Shown: positions 1 through 11,456, counted from the stretch's first letter. The stretch: 64,000 nucleotides of DNA from an uncultured Clostridiaceae bacterium (GCA_949902805.1 CATLDI010000001.1:1369-65368); one strand, 5' to 3'. The notes: generated from the sequence alone by a model not told the origin. Made by a program: numbers and translations.

Positions 1-81
1 CTTGGCTTACTTCTTCTGCATAGGTTAGAGTTGGAAATAATAGAAATATAATTAGAGCAAATATTAGAATTATTTTTTTCA
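1..81 (-). CDS. spoIIIAE: Stage III sporulation protein AE, N-terminal end (partial, runs off window); signal-peptide-like MKKIILIFALIIFLLFPTLTYAEE
   Basis: ATG at 81 on minus strand with AGGAG RBS; position after spoIIIAD in conserved operon order; only 27 aa visible. Confidence 0.4.
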
Positions 82-271
82 TTTGTAGACTCCTTTTTTT
101 GGAAGTTAGAAGTCATAAATCATATGTCGGAGGTCGGATTTTTAGGTAATTTCTTTGAAGCATGAATTGCCGAAGGTAGCGCTTCCTTATAATTATTCTA
201 AAGCATACCTTTTAGCTTCTAATTTTCAAATTTCTGTTTTCCGACTTCTGACTTCTGTCTTCCGACCTCTG

Positions 272-654
272 TCACGGTAACACCTTAATTATCGTCTCTA
301 ATAACCCCGATATAATTGGAATAGACATAGAAACAATAACTACTTTTCCACCCATATCCATTTTATTAGCAATTGCGGTTTCTCCTGAGTCCTTACATAT
401 ACTTACTGCAAATTCTGTCAAAAATGCTATTCCTGTTATTTTTATAAGCAATGTTAAAAACTGATTATTTATAGCAGTTTTATTAGCAAGGTTAGTTAAA
501 AGTTCTACTACCCCAGATATTCTGCTAAGTATAAGTCCAAGTATTAAGGCTCCTGCAATAAGTGATACATATATAACAAATTCTGGCTTATATTGTTTTA
601 AAATTATTATTATAATTAAAGCAATTAAGCCGTATTCCTATGATTTTTATAATG
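272..654 (-). CDS. spoIIIAD: Stage III sporulation protein AD; reading frame interrupted at an in-frame CGG (plus-strand 630-632) and restored by +1 shift
   Basis: MDIIKIIGI then CGG; skipping C gives GLIALIIIIILKQYKPEF...ICKDSGETAIANKMDMGGKVVIVSMSIPII, matching the SpoIIIAD family; absent from ORF track because of the shift. Confidence 0.7.
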
Positions 655-839
655 TCCATTTTGCCCCTCTTTCATTATGTATTTTTAAATATTGTTGTGT
701 AGGGGCGATTATCAATCGTCCGCTCTTCAAAGAATTTGCCCTGATTTTGCATATTGATTTTAGCAATTTCGTTGGAGCTCTGGGCGATTAATAATCACCC
801 CTACATAATATTTTTATTTTTAAATAATTTATATGTTAT

Positions 840-1034
840 TTACAACCCAAATATTGTTCTTACTGTGTCAAACAATGTGCTTATTTCTTTTATTACCATT
901 GTTAGTACTATTACTAAACCTGCTAAGGTTGTCATCATTGCTTGGTCTTCGCGACCTGCTCTTACTAACACTTGGTGTAGTACAGCAACTAGTATTCCTA
1001 TTGCTGCTATTTTGAATAATAAGTTTATATCCAT
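840..1034 (-). CDS. spoIIIAC: Stage III sporulation protein AC (64 aa membrane protein)
   Basis: size, two TM segments, position between spoIIIAB and spoIIIAD. Confidence 0.7.
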   Translation of the reverse strand: MDINLLFKIAAIGILVAVLHQVLVRAGREDQAMMTTLAGLVIVLTMVIKEISTLFDTVRTIFGL

Positions 1035-1051
1035 ATACGTATACCTCTCTT

Positions 1052-1561
1052 CTATATCAATATTATTACTACAGCTAGTCCTATTGTTACCCCTAATGTT
1101 TTATACATTTTTACGTATTTTTGCTTTTCTTCTTCAGCGAGTTCTATTTGTGTGTCTAAAAAATTCTCTACTAGTTCTACCTCATTTACTTGTCCTTCTA
1201 TATCTACTTTTCCTAGTAGATTACTTAAATTTTTCAGTACTTCTATATCTTCTTTCGTCATATTTGTATTTGATTCTTCTAATGCTTCTTCCCACGCTTT
1301 TCCTACGTTCCCAGTATTCATTTTTTCGCATACATTTTTGAAAATGTTTGATATATTTGGCTTTGTTTTTTGTGATATTTCTTTAAATGTTTGTGGAATT
1401 GGCTCATATGTAAATTTTATTTTTGTACTAAACATGTTTAGTGCATTTTTCATTTCTTTTAAATCTTTTACTCTGTTTAAATATTTTTTTGAAATTAGTA
1501 TTCCTATATATGTTGTCGAGGATAAAATTAATATTAATGTTAAATATTTTATTATTTGCAT
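1052..1561 (-). CDS. spoIIIAB: Stage III sporulation protein AB
   Basis: 169 aa, N-terminal TM then coiled-coil region typical of SpoIIIAB; operon context. Confidence 0.75.
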   Translation of the reverse strand: MQIIKYLTLILILSSTTYIGILISKKYLNRVKDLKEMKNALNMFSTKIKFTYEPIPQTFKEISQKTKPNISNIFKNVCEKMNTGNVGKAWEEALEESNTNMTKEDIEVLKNLSNLLGKVDIEGQVNEVELVENFLDTQIELAEEEKQKYVKMYKTLGVTIGLAVVIILI

Positions 1562-1686
1562 ATTCTTACCTTGTCCTTTTTGTTTTGATTTTTATATTTT
1601 CTATATTAATTATATTCAGGTAAATTTTGTTTTAGAACAAAAAAGAATGGAAAAATTATTTTCCATTCTTTTTAAAATTTTTATAA

Positions 1687-1875
1687 CTATAAATAAAAGT
1701 GTCCATAGCTCATACATAATAAGCCAATAATTATCTCAATTATTAACAAAAGAATTGAAGTAATGAGCTTTCCATTTATTGCTGCGCCAAATAATGCTAA
1801 TGCAAGTACTATAAGCACTATTCCTAATATGATCATTGCTATTGCTTTCTTCTTACATTCTTTGTTTTCAGTCAT
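1687..1875 (-). CDS. small hydrophobic membrane protein, unknown function
   Basis: 62 aa ORF with two TM helices lying between spoIIIAA and spoIIIAB. Confidence 0.35.
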   Translation of the reverse strand: MTENKECKKKAIAMIILGIVLIVLALALFGAAINGKLITSILLLIIEIIIGLLCMSYGHFYL

Positions 1876-2168
1876 TTTATTTCCTCTTACTATCTAATTC
1901 TTTAATTTAGGATAAAAGTTTATAAAGCTACCGATATTAATTGCAATTCCTATACAGGTTGCAGCATATGCTATTGTTCCAGCTATCCAAGCTTGCATAG
2001 CAAGAAATATAGCTGTACAAACCAGTCCAATACCAGCAATAGCATTTGTATTATCAGCCCTATTACATGCTTTTTTATTGTATCCCGTGACTTATTAATA
2101 ATTAGCATAATTTGTCTCCTTTCAAAAACAACTTGTTTAAGTTTACATATTGTATTATACATTACTTT

Positions 2169-3141
2169 CTAAAAATTGTAAATACTTTCATCTGGCTTTA
2201 TTTGTACATATAATTTTTCTTCTTTATTTAGTCCATATATTTTCTCTACTCCACATTTTTCTTTCTTATCACTTAAGAATATTATCCTTTCAAAGCAGTA
2301 ATTTTCTATTAATTTATTTAATGCTGGATTTAGTTTTATCTCTTCTATAGAGCTTCCGTGTGCTGTGAATATTCCTTTTATTCCACAGCATATTCCGTAT
2401 CTTATCGCTTCTACATCTTCCATGTTTCCTATTTCGTCTGCTACTATTACTTTTGGGCTCATTGAGCGAATTAGCATTGTCATTCCTAAGTGCTTTGTTA
2501 TACCATCTAATATGTCTGTTCTTATTCCTACGTCGTTTTGTGGAATTCCTCTATACATTGCGGCTATTTCTCCTCTTTCGTCTACTACTCCTACATTTAT
2601 TCCTTTAAAGCGTAAGCTTTCTATTCCATTACTAATTCTTCTTATCAAATCTCTTAATAATGTAGTTTTTCCTACTCCTGGTGGAGATACTATTAGTGTA
2701 CTATATATGTTATTTTCTTCAGAATTTATTACATATTTTATTATTTTATCACTTGCTCCTAGTATCTGTTTTGCAATTCTGAAATTTAAACTTGATATGT
2801 ATGATATATTAAGTACTTTGCCATCTTTTATAACTGTATTTCCTGTAATTCCTACTCTATGCCCTCCTTTTATAGTAATATAGCCGGTTTACTATTTGAT
2901 TTTGATAACTGTATATAGAATTATCACATATTTGTTGCAGTATTTCTAATATTTCTTCTGATGTTACATTATATTCAATTATTATCTCTGCTTGTCCTAA
3001 TTTCATTATTATTGCTCTATTTACTCTTAAACGTATTTCTTCTAAATAGTTTAGGTTTATATTGTTTTTTACAAAATATTCGTCTATTTTTCTTACAACA
3101 TTATTAGGAAAGCATCTTAAAATATTATTTATATTTATCAT
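2169..3141 (-). CDS. spoIIIAA: Stage III sporulation protein AA (ATPase, Walker A GVGKTT); frame interrupted at in-frame CGG near 2884-2887 and restored by +1 shift
   Basis: N-part ...QNQIVN then CGG; +1 frame continues GYITIKGGHRVGITG...STLIVSPPGVGKTTLLRDLIRRISNG...; ORF track shows two pieces in different frames. Confidence 0.8.
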
Positions 3142-3246
3142 AATATTAATATTATATGCTTTTTTTATGTTGTTTAGAACTAAATTTCTAAATTAGTGGC
3201 AATCTGCAATGGAGACGTTTAGTAAAATAAGAGGAACAACTAATAA

Positions 3247-3298
3247 GTGTCCAAAAGGGACAGATTACCCATTTGTAACCGTCCCCAATGGACACTTA
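3247..3298. repeat. GC-rich hairpin element AGTGTCCAAAAGGGAC...GTCCCCAATGGACACT at 3' end of ATPase gene
   Basis: inverted repeat; near-identical core GTCCAAAAGGGACAGATTACCC recurs at 16821-16855. Confidence 0.6.
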
Positions 3299-6106
3299 GT
3301 TGTTGCCGTTTAGTTTTAGTAGTTTCATTATTTCTACTACTAGAAGCGGGGTAAATATTAGTAGTATTATTTCAATTATATTCCCTATTGGAAGAATTGG
3401 TATGCTGAATATGTGTCGAAGTGCTGGTACTATTAATATTATTATCATTAGTATGGCTGATACTCCTACTGCTAATAGTAATTTTTTGTTATTTGTAATT
3501 TTTGTTTTAAATATTGATTGTTTATTATTCCTAATATTAAATACATGCACTAGTTCTGATAGTGCTAAAACTGTGAATGCCATTGCCTGGCCTATTTCTA
3601 CTTTAGTTTCTTCTTTTGATACATATGTTCCGCCATCTGTAAGTATTTCATTTAAGTTTTCTATTTCTTTTGCTGAAATAATTTCGTTGTTATATTTTAT
3701 CATGGTTGGAAGTTTTTCTTCTGGGGTTGCTAAACCTATAATAAATGCTGCTAGTGTAATTAAGCCTATCATAATGCCTTGATATATAACTCTCCAGCTC
3801 ATGCCTTTTGTGAATATTCCTTTTTTGCTGTCTAATGGGGCCCTGTTCATTATATCTTCTTCTGCTGGGTCAAATGCTAATGCTAGTGCTGGTAGCGAGT
3901 CTGTTACTAGGTTTATCCATAATATGTGAATTGGTAAAAGTACTTCTATTAATTTTATATCTATTCCAAATGTTTTTCCAAGCCATGGGGTTATTAGTAT
4001 TGCTATAAATAGTACTACTATTTCGCCTACATTACTTGATAATAAAAATTGTATTGCTTTTAATATATTGTCATATATTCTTCTTCCTTCTTCTACTGCT
4101 GATACTACAGTTGCGAAATTGTCGTCTGTTAAAATGACATCGGCTGCCTCTTTTGCAACATCTGTTCCTACTTTTCCCATAGCACAACCTATATCTGCTG
4201 TTTTTAGTGCTGGTGCATCATTTACCCCATCTCCTGTCATTGCAACTATTTCTCCATTTTTTTGCAATGCTTTTACAATTCTTACTTTATGCTCAGGGCT
4301 TACTCTTGCATATACACTGTAATGTTTTACATTTTTTTCTAATTCTTCTTGGCTCATTTTTTCAAGTTCGCTACCTGTTATTGCTTCATCATCATTTTCT
4401 AATATTCCTAGCTTTTTAGCTATTGCTATTGCTGTAATTTTATGGTCTCCTGTAATCATTACTGTTTTTATTCCTGCTGTTTTACATTTTTCTACTGCTT
4501 GTTTTGCTTCTTCTCTTGGTGGGTCTATCATTCCTACCATTCCTACATATATTAAGTCTTGTTCTATGTTTTTCATTTCTTCTTTTGAAGGCATATGGTC
4601 TAATTCTTTATATCCAAAAGCAAGTACCCTTAATGCTTCTTTTGCCATTTCTTCATTTCTATTTTCAATAGCCTTCTTATAGTCTTCTAAATCATTTTTT
4701 ATAGTTCTATTTATAATATAAGAATTACATATTTTTAGTAGTTCATCAACTCCACCTTTTGTATATACTAAATATTTCTCTCCTATTTTATGAACAGTAG
4801 TCATTAATTTTCTTTGTGAGTCAAAAGGAATTTCCTCTACTCTTGGGTTTTGTTCGTATAGAGATGGCTCAAAATTTAAGTTAAATCCCATATCTACTAG
4901 TGCTGTTTCTGTTGGATCTCCTGATAATGAGTTGCTTGAATCGATTTTAGTGTCATTACAAAGCATAGAAATATGAATTAATCTTTCTAACTCACTAATT
5001 TCATCTATGTTTGTTTCTTCTTTTGTTAATGTTTCTAAATCCATTAGTTCATTATCTACAAATATTTTTTGTACTGTCATTTTATTTTGAGTTAAAGTTC
5101 CTGTTTTGTCAGAACAAATTACTGTACTACTACCTAATGTTTCTACTGCTGGAAGTTTTTTTATTATTGCATTTTTACTAACCATTCTTTGTACACCAAT
5201 TGCTAAAACAATAGTAGATACTGCAACTAATCCTTCTGGTATTGCGGCTACTGCTAAACTAACAGCTGTCATAAACATATCTATAGCATTTTTTCCATAT
5301 AAAATTCCTATTAAAAATATAACTATACATATAATTAAAGCTACTATTCCTAATGTTTTACCTAATTTGTTTAATTTATTTTGAAGAGGAGTTTCACTAT
5401 CTATTGTTTCATTTATAATACCTGCAATTTTCCCTACTTCTGTATTCATACCAGTTTCTATTACTATTCCTCTTCCTCTTCCATAAGTAATTAAGCTAGA
5501 AGAAAATAATATGTTAGCTCTATCTCCAATTCCCACCTCAGTTTCTTCTATTACATTTATATTTTTGTCAACTGGTACAGATTCGCCTGTTAATGAGGAT
5601 TCTTGTGCTTTTAAATTGATGGCTTCTACTATTCTTAAATCAGCTGGTACATAATCTCCTGTTTCTAGTATTACTATATCTCCTGGTACTAATTCTTTAG
5701 AAGGAACTACTTGTATGCTTCCATTTCGTATTACTTTTGCTACATGGTTACTTAATTTTTGCAAGGCCTCTAATGATTTTTCTGCTTTGCTTTCTTGTAC
5801 TACACCTATAATAGCATTTACAATAACTACTATTAAAATAATAATTGTATCTGTTATTCCTTCTCCTTCTACTATTCCAATTGCTCCTGATACTATTGCA
5901 GCTATGATTAGTACAATAATCATGAAATCTTTAAATTGTTCTAAGAATTTCATAAGTATACTTTTTTTCTTTTTACTTTCTAGTTCATTTGTTCCGAAAT
6001 TTTCTCTTGATTTTTTTATTTGTTCTTCATCTAGCCCTTTGTTTAAATCTACTTCAAAAGTTTTGCAAACTTCTTCAATTGTTTTATTAAACCATTTTTT
6101 ATCCAA
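3296..6106 (-). CDS. P-type calcium-transporting ATPase (type IIA, PacL/YloB-like)
   Basis: 936 aa, DKTGTLT phosphorylation motif, [11 protein letters not shown], 10 TM topology. Confidence 0.9.
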   Translation of the reverse strand: MDKKWFNKTIEEVCKTFEVDLNKGLDEEQIKKSRENFGTNELESKKKKSILMKFLEQFKDFMIIVLIIAAIVSGAIGIVEGEGITDTIIILIVVIVNAIIGVVQESKAEKSLEALQKLSNHVAKVIRNGSIQVVPSKELVPGDIVILETGDYVPADLRIVEAINLKAQESSLTGESVPVDKNINVIEETEVGIGDRANILFSSSLITYGRGRGIVIETGMNTEVGKIAGIINETIDSETPLQNKLNKLGKTLGIVALIICIVIFLIGILYGKNAIDMFMTAVSLAVAAIPEGLVAVSTIVLAIGVQRMVSKNAIIKKLPAVETLGSSTVICSDKTGTLTQNKMTVQKIFVDNELMDLETLTKEETNIDEISELERLIHISMLCNDTKIDSSNSLSGDPTETALVDMGFNLNFEPSLYEQNPRVEEIPFDSQRKLMTTVHKIGEKYLVYTKGGVDELLKICNSYIINRTIKNDLEDYKKAIENRNEEMAKEALRVLAFGYKELDHMPSKEEMKNIEQDLIYVGMVGMIDPPREEAKQAVEKCKTAGIKTVMITGDHKITAIAIAKKLGILENDDEAITGSELEKMSQEELEKNVKHYSVYARVSPEHKVRIVKALQKNGEIVAMTGDGVNDAPALKTADIGCAMGKVGTDVAKEAADVILTDDNFATVVSAVEEGRRIYDNILKAIQFLLSSNVGEIVVLFIAILITPWLGKTFGIDIKLIEVLLPIHILWINLVTDSLPALALAFDPAEEDIMNRAPLDSKKGIFTKGMSWRVIYQGIMIGLITLAAFIIGLATPEEKLPTMIKYNNEIISAKEIENLNEILTDGGTYVSKEETKVEIGQAMAFTVLALSELVHVFNIRNNKQSIFKTKITNNKKLLLAVGVSAILMIIILIVPALRHIFSIPILPIGNIIEIILLIFTPLLVVEIMKLLKLNGNN

Positions 6107-6426
6107 TAAAATCCTCTCCTTTTTTATTATTATATACCAAAAAAAGACTTTTAAAGAATTTTTTACACTTTCATGTCTTATTCCTTAAAAGTCTTGCTTA
6201 CCTTAAAGGTTACTAACCATGCATTTTATGCCGAGATGTTGATTAGTAGTTTATAAGCTACTCCCTTTTAATTTTTCTTTGTTATATATTTGTATCATAT
6301 TTTACATGTTTTGTAAATATGCATTTATTTTTTTCTAATTCTTTTTCATTTTAACTTATTATATCATACTTACTTTTATATAAAAAACTTCAGAAATGTG
6401 GTGCTAAGCTAGTTTTAATATATTTA

Positions 6427-6996
6427 TTATCTATATGGATAATATGTCCCAAATACTTGTTGTGCCCTGTTCGTATATCTTATAATATCACCTTTTTTTA
6501 CTTGAAATATTGGTGTACATGGATTTTGCCATATAACATTAGCACAATTATAAAAAACAAGTCTTTCATTAATATATAACGCATCGTTTACATCACTCAC
6601 TCCTGCAGTATAATTAAACCTTAGTTGAATATATCCATCATTTTCTGCTGTATAAGTCTTATTAGTAAATGTTATTTCTTGTCCATTTGCATAATCTGGT
6701 GTTGCTTCTGCTATTTTATTTTTTATTAAAGTATTTAAGTCTTTCATTGATATTGTTACTTTTGCATCATCACTTGTAGCAAGCATAATTTCGCCATATG
6801 CGTCTTCTATTTCATTTTTTTCTTCTTCCTCAGCTCTTTTGTATTCATTTCTTGCTATTTTTGCTCTTGTAAATATTCCATTATCTTTTATAGTTAGACT
6901 TATTGCTACTCCCGCTAATATTATCATTACTATTATTGTTATTACTAATGCTATTAATGTTATTGCTTTTTGTTCTTTTGTTTTTAACATTTCCAT
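6427..6996 (-). CDS. pilin-like protein with non-canonical prepilin-type N-terminal segment (KAITLIALVITIIVMIILAGVAI); paralog of 54375-55172
   Basis: N-terminal basic stretch + hydrophobic helix resembling class III signal/pseudopilin but lacking canonical G-F-T-L-I-E. Confidence 0.45.
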   Translation of the reverse strand: MEMLKTKEQKAITLIALVITIIVMIILAGVAISLTIKDNGIFTRAKIARNEYKRAEEEEKNEIEDAYGEIMLATSDDAKVTISMKDLNTLIKNKIAEATPDYANGQEITFTNKTYTAENDGYIQLRFNYTAGVSDVNDALYINERLVFYNCANVIWQNPCTPIFQVKKGDIIRYTNRAQQVFGTYYPYR

Positions 6997-7137
6997 TTTC
7001 CTTTCTTTTGCTATTTTGTACTTTTTAATTTAATTTTATGTACACAAACTTATATATTTATATTTTGCTAATAACCAATTTTTCTGTCAATATATTCTTA
7101 GCATTTTTCCATGTATTTTTTGATTGTGATTTTAAAC

Positions 7138-7193
7138 GGGAAAGGGCTTAATTCGGTAAATTCTCTCTAGTATTCCTTACTGGTTAAGCCCCT
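7138..7193. repeat. MITE/REP-like imperfect palindrome AAGGGCTTAATTCGGTAA...TTACTGGTTAAGCCCCT (family copy 1 of 3)
   Basis: related copies at 28601-28648 and 61459-61512, all intergenic. Confidence 0.6.
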
Positions 7194-7226
7194 ACAGTTT
7201 TAGCTTGAAATAATGTACTTTTCAAT

Positions 7227-9791
7227 TTATTTTTCTATCCATTTAACCAAATTCAGGTTTTCTGAATCTAATATCATTTCATGTTTTGGCATTACTCTGA
7301 AGGTATAGCCGTAGTTTCCGCCGGTTGTTAATTCTATTTGTGCTTCATATTTGTATTTTCTTTCTTCTCCATTTTCTTCTACCATTTGCATTGGAATTAC
7401 TGATATTTTTTCTACCATGCCATTTTCTTTTATTTTTCCATAATATACTTGTGCTTCTATATTTTCTACTTTTATGTTTGGTAAGGTTATTTCACATGCT
7501 ACTTTTATAATGTCTCCTGCATCTACTGAAACATTGTTTAAGTTATTTTGTTCTTTTATTATAATATTGTTCCAGTTTCTGTTAGTTTCTCTTTTCCATT
7601 CATTAAATTCACCAACTAAACTTAGGTCTGTATAGTAATTATTATATAGTTTTACAAGTGGCATATATAATTTTTGTGTATAGTCTACAAGCATTCTTGA
7701 AGTACTATAGTTTCCTCCTGTGCTTTTTATAGAATTTTTCATTAGTTCTATCCATTTTTTAGATATTCCTTTGGAATTTTGTTCATAATATGCTGGTATT
7801 ATTTTATTTTCTAATATGTTATATATGCTACTACTGTCTTCATTGTCTTGTATTTCATAATTGTCATATTCTTTATTTGTTCCTATTGCCCATCCATTTT
7901 TTTGGTTATATCCTTCTGCCCACCATCCATCTAATATACTAAAGTTTACAACACCATTTACAGATGCTTTTTCTCCACTTGTTCCTGAGGCTTCCATTGG
8001 TCTTCTTGGTGTATTTAACCATACATCTACACCGCTTATTAAATAGCTTGACATTTCCATATTGTAATTTTCTAGTAAGAATATTTTTCCTTTGAATTGT
8101 GGTTTCATTGATATTTCGTGTATGTATTTTATTAGGTCTTGTCCTTCTTTATCCTTTGGATGAGCTTTTCCTGCTATGAATATTTGTACTGGTTTTTTCT
8201 CATCGTTTAATATTTGTGTAATTCTTTCTAAATCTCTAAATAATAATGTTGCTCTTTTATATGTTGCAAACCTTCTTGCAAAACCTATTGTTAGTGCATT
8301 TGGATTTAATTTTGAAGTTATTTCATTTATTTGTTCATATGGGTATCCACATCTGCGTAACCTTGTTGTTATATTTTCTTTTGCTGTTTCCATTAATTTT
8401 TGTTTTCTTACAAAATGTTCTTTCCATAGTTTTTCATCTGGTATAGAATCTATTCTTTCCCAAGTTTCATTTTTGTGAATATTATCTTGCCAGTATGGCA
8501 TTAGGTATTCATTATATAGTTCTTTTAAATTTGGTGCAAGCCAGCTACATGTATGTATTCCATTTGTTACATATGTTATTGGAGATTCGTCTGGTGAAAT
8601 TTCTGGCCAAACTTCTGCGAATAACTCTCTTGATACTGCTCCATGTAATTTACTTACTCCATTTTTCTTTCCTGTTACTTTTAGTGCTAGCACTCCCATA
8701 TTAAAGCCTGAATTTTGTTCTGGGTTTGGTTTCATTCCCATTTGCATAAATTCTTCTTTTGATATTCCAAATCTGTCCCAATAGTCCTTAAAATATTTTT
8801 CTACTAAATCCACTGGGAATATGTCGTTACCTGCTGGTACAGGTGTATGTGTTGTAAATACTGTTTTTGATGAAACTATATCTTTTGCCATTTCGAAAGA
8901 TACTTGTTTTTCTTTTATAATATTTTTTATTAATTCTAATATTAAGAATGAAGAATGCCCTTCGTTCATGTGATATACTGTTGGGTTTAAACCAAGTGTT
9001 TTTAATAAGCGTACTCCACCCATTCCAAGAACTATTTCTTGAGCTATTCTCATTTCTTGGTCTCCACCATAAAGTGTAGTTGTTATATTTCTATATTCTT
9101 CATTATTTTCTTCTATATCTGAATCCATTAAATATAGTTTTATTCTTCCTACATTAATTTTCCATACTTTTAAATATAATCTTCTTTTGGGTAGTTTAAC
9201 ATATATTATTAAATCTTTTCCTTCTTCATCTTTTACAGCTGTAATTGGTAAAGTGTCAACCTCTATACTTTTATATTCTGTTTCTTGTTCTCCATATCCA
9301 TTTATTTTTTGGTTGAAATATCCATTTTTATATAACAGACCTACTGCAACTAATGGCAAACCTAAATCACTTGCTGACTTTAAATGGTCTCCTGATAATA
9401 TTCCAAGACCTCCAGAATATATTGGAAGTATTTGGTCTAAGCCATATTCTGCTGAAAAATATGCTATTAAATCTTTATCATTGTTTGGATAATTTTTTGA
9501 GTACCAAGTATTTTTGCTATTTATATAATTTTCAAAATCCTCTGCTATTTTATCATATTCTTTTAAAAAACTATTATCTCTTGCTACTTCTTCTAACTTT
9601 TCTTGTGATACTAGTCTTAAAAATTTTATTGGATTCTTTCCTATGGTGTCCCATAAATCCATATCTATTTTCTTAAACAGTCTTAAAAATTCTGTATTCC
9701 ATGACCACCATAAATTATTTGCTATTTCTCCTAATTTTTCTATTCTTTTTGGCAATTGTGGGTTTACTGTTATCTTGTTAAATATGTACAT
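7227..9791 (-). CDS. glgP: alpha-glucan (glycogen/maltodextrin) phosphorylase, GT35
   Basis: 854 aa; EASGTSGEKASVNG pyridoxal-phosphate lysine motif region. Confidence 0.85.
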   Translation of the reverse strand: MYIFNKITVNPQLPKRIEKLGEIANNLWWSWNTEFLRLFKKIDMDLWDTIGKNPIKFLRLVSQEKLEEVARDNSFLKEYDKIAEDFENYINSKNTWYSKNYPNNDKDLIAYFSAEYGLDQILPIYSGGLGILSGDHLKSASDLGLPLVAVGLLYKNGYFNQKINGYGEQETEYKSIEVDTLPITAVKDEEGKDLIIYVKLPKRRLYLKVWKINVGRIKLYLMDSDIEENNEEYRNITTTLYGGDQEMRIAQEIVLGMGGVRLLKTLGLNPTVYHMNEGHSSFLILELIKNIIKEKQVSFEMAKDIVSSKTVFTTHTPVPAGNDIFPVDLVEKYFKDYWDRFGISKEEFMQMGMKPNPEQNSGFNMGVLALKVTGKKNGVSKLHGAVSRELFAEVWPEISPDESPITYVTNGIHTCSWLAPNLKELYNEYLMPYWQDNIHKNETWERIDSIPDEKLWKEHFVRKQKLMETAKENITTRLRRCGYPYEQINEITSKLNPNALTIGFARRFATYKRATLLFRDLERITQILNDEKKPVQIFIAGKAHPKDKEGQDLIKYIHEISMKPQFKGKIFLLENYNMEMSSYLISGVDVWLNTPRRPMEASGTSGEKASVNGVVNFSILDGWWAEGYNQKNGWAIGTNKEYDNYEIQDNEDSSSIYNILENKIIPAYYEQNSKGISKKWIELMKNSIKSTGGNYSTSRMLVDYTQKLYMPLVKLYNNYYTDLSLVGEFNEWKRETNRNWNNIIIKEQNNLNNVSVDAGDIIKVACEITLPNIKVENIEAQVYYGKIKENGMVEKISVIPMQMVEENGEERKYKYEAQIELTTGGNYGYTFRVMPKHEMILDSENLNLVKWIEK

Positions 9792-9891
9792 ATTTTAATT
9801 TTTCCTCCTTTGTATTTTGAAAATCTTTTGTTCAATTTTCTCATAAATTCATATATATTATCTATTAACTTTTTATATTTGTCAAACCTTT

Positions 9892-11202
9892 TTATAAAAT
9901 TTCTTTTTTGCTATACTCTTCAGGTTTTAAGCCTACTGTATACCTCATTTTATCTAGTGCAATTGTAACTAATATTGTGCTTATAGATCCTATTATAATT
10001 AGTGTTGTATCTATTGGTAAAATATTTATTATACTTGAAGCTCCAAATACTAATATTGATACTATTAAATTTTCTATTAGGTTATTAGCTGTTGCAATTT
10101 TTACCCTTTTTTCTCCATTAGTAAAATTATTTAAGTATCTTTTTATTAATACATAGTATGGTCCTTTTGCTATATATTGAATTGCAAATAGTGCAAAAAC
10201 TATTGGAAATATTATTTTTATATTTATATCAAACATTAGAAATATTCCCAGTAATAAGCATGATATTGCAGTTGGGAAAGCTAAAACTGTAAGTGTCGAA
10301 TTTCTAAATCTTTTATGGATTTTATCCTGATTTTTTGTAGCTATTCCAGATATTATTCCTAATATTGCAAATATTAGTCCAAAGTATTGTTCTGGCATTC
10401 CTATTTCTAATAATACTGTATTCCTTAAATTTTGCATAATTTTTATCATAGATATCATTAAACAATTAAATATCAATAAACTTACTAATCTTTTAGAGCG
10501 GAATATATTTCTAAATGAATATTTTAAGTTTCTAAATTGTTCTGATATTCTAACTTCTTGCTGTTTTACTTGTATTTCTTCAAATTTTGTAGAAATAATT
10601 GCAATCCATAGTAATACCAAGAAACTTAATATCATTGGTATATATGGATTTACTACAAATAGAAATCCCGCTATTATAGCTGATATTGCTTCTATATAGT
10701 AATGTCTAGCAGTTGCTTTTCCATCTATTTTTGCAAATGTACTTCCTCTTTTTTCTCCATGTTCTATTGAATCATATAGCATATCTGTTTCACAAGTTGC
10801 TTTTATTGTATAACCTAAGGCACATAAAAATTGAGATACTAATAATATATTAAAATTTGGAGCAAATATTATAAACAGCATATGAATTGCTAATATTATA
10901 CTTGCAAATACTATACTTTTTCTTTTACCTATTTTTTGTATTATTATTGTTGAAGGTATTTGAACAACCGACTTAAACAATATATAAAAAGCATCAAATT
11001 GTAATATTTGAGCTGCAGTTAAACCTTTTTCTATGCTCAAAAATAAGTAAATTATTGCATAATAAAATAATAAGTCAAACGAAAAAACTCTATAAGATTT
11101 ATACAGTTCTATATTTTTTTGCTTTTTATACTTAAGCATTTTATCTTCTACTACTTGATTTGCACTTTTTTCTAAAACTACATTTTCCATATATTTCTCC
11201 AT
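9892..11202 (-). CDS. MFS transporter
   Basis: 436 aa, 12 predicted TM segments, MFS-like loops. Confidence 0.7.
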   Translation of the reverse strand: MEKYMENVVLEKSANQVVEDKMLKYKKQKNIELYKSYRVFSFDLLFYYAIIYLFLSIEKGLTAAQILQFDAFYILFKSVVQIPSTIIIQKIGKRKSIVFASIILAIHMLFIIFAPNFNILLVSQFLCALGYTIKATCETDMLYDSIEHGEKRGSTFAKIDGKATARHYYIEAISAIIAGFLFVVNPYIPMILSFLVLLWIAIISTKFEEIQVKQQEVRISEQFRNLKYSFRNIFRSKRLVSLLIFNCLMISMIKIMQNLRNTVLLEIGMPEQYFGLIFAILGIISGIATKNQDKIHKRFRNSTLTVLAFPTAISCLLLGIFLMFDINIKIIFPIVFALFAIQYIAKGPYYVLIKRYLNNFTNGEKRVKIATANNLIENLIVSILVFGASSIINILPIDTTLIIIGSISTILVTIALDKMRYTVGLKPEEYSKKEIL

Positions 11203-11456
11203 TTATTTTTTCTTATTTCTTATTTGAATTGTACTATAACATTGCAAAATTGACAAGTAATTTTTTGCTTTAAAAATGTAAAAAATGCTAAATAACAATT
11301 TATAGAGTAACTTTATGTGTTTATATATATTAAAATCAAAATTGAAGCCCGACAGCCCTTTGAGGAGGAGGAATACCTGTAAGCTTGGAGGGTTCGATTT
11401 TTATTTTAATATATATAAATGCATAAGGTGGCTTATTTTAATAATAAATATTAGTG

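Noticed and set aside
754-1341. 195-aa plus-strand ORF overlapping spoIIIAC/AB
   Set aside because: Leu/Phe-rich low-complexity translation of the antisense strand of well-supported minus-strand genes. No RBS or family resemblance.
2365-2883. 172-aa plus-strand ORF
   Set aside because: Antisense to spoIIIAA. Its existence helped reveal the spoIIIAA frame change, but it is not itself a gene.
11340-11400. tRNA-like fragment (GGAGGGTTCGATT T-loop-like motif)
   Set aside because: No acceptor stem, D-arm or anticodon arm can be folded. Probably a chance match in the MFS promoter region.
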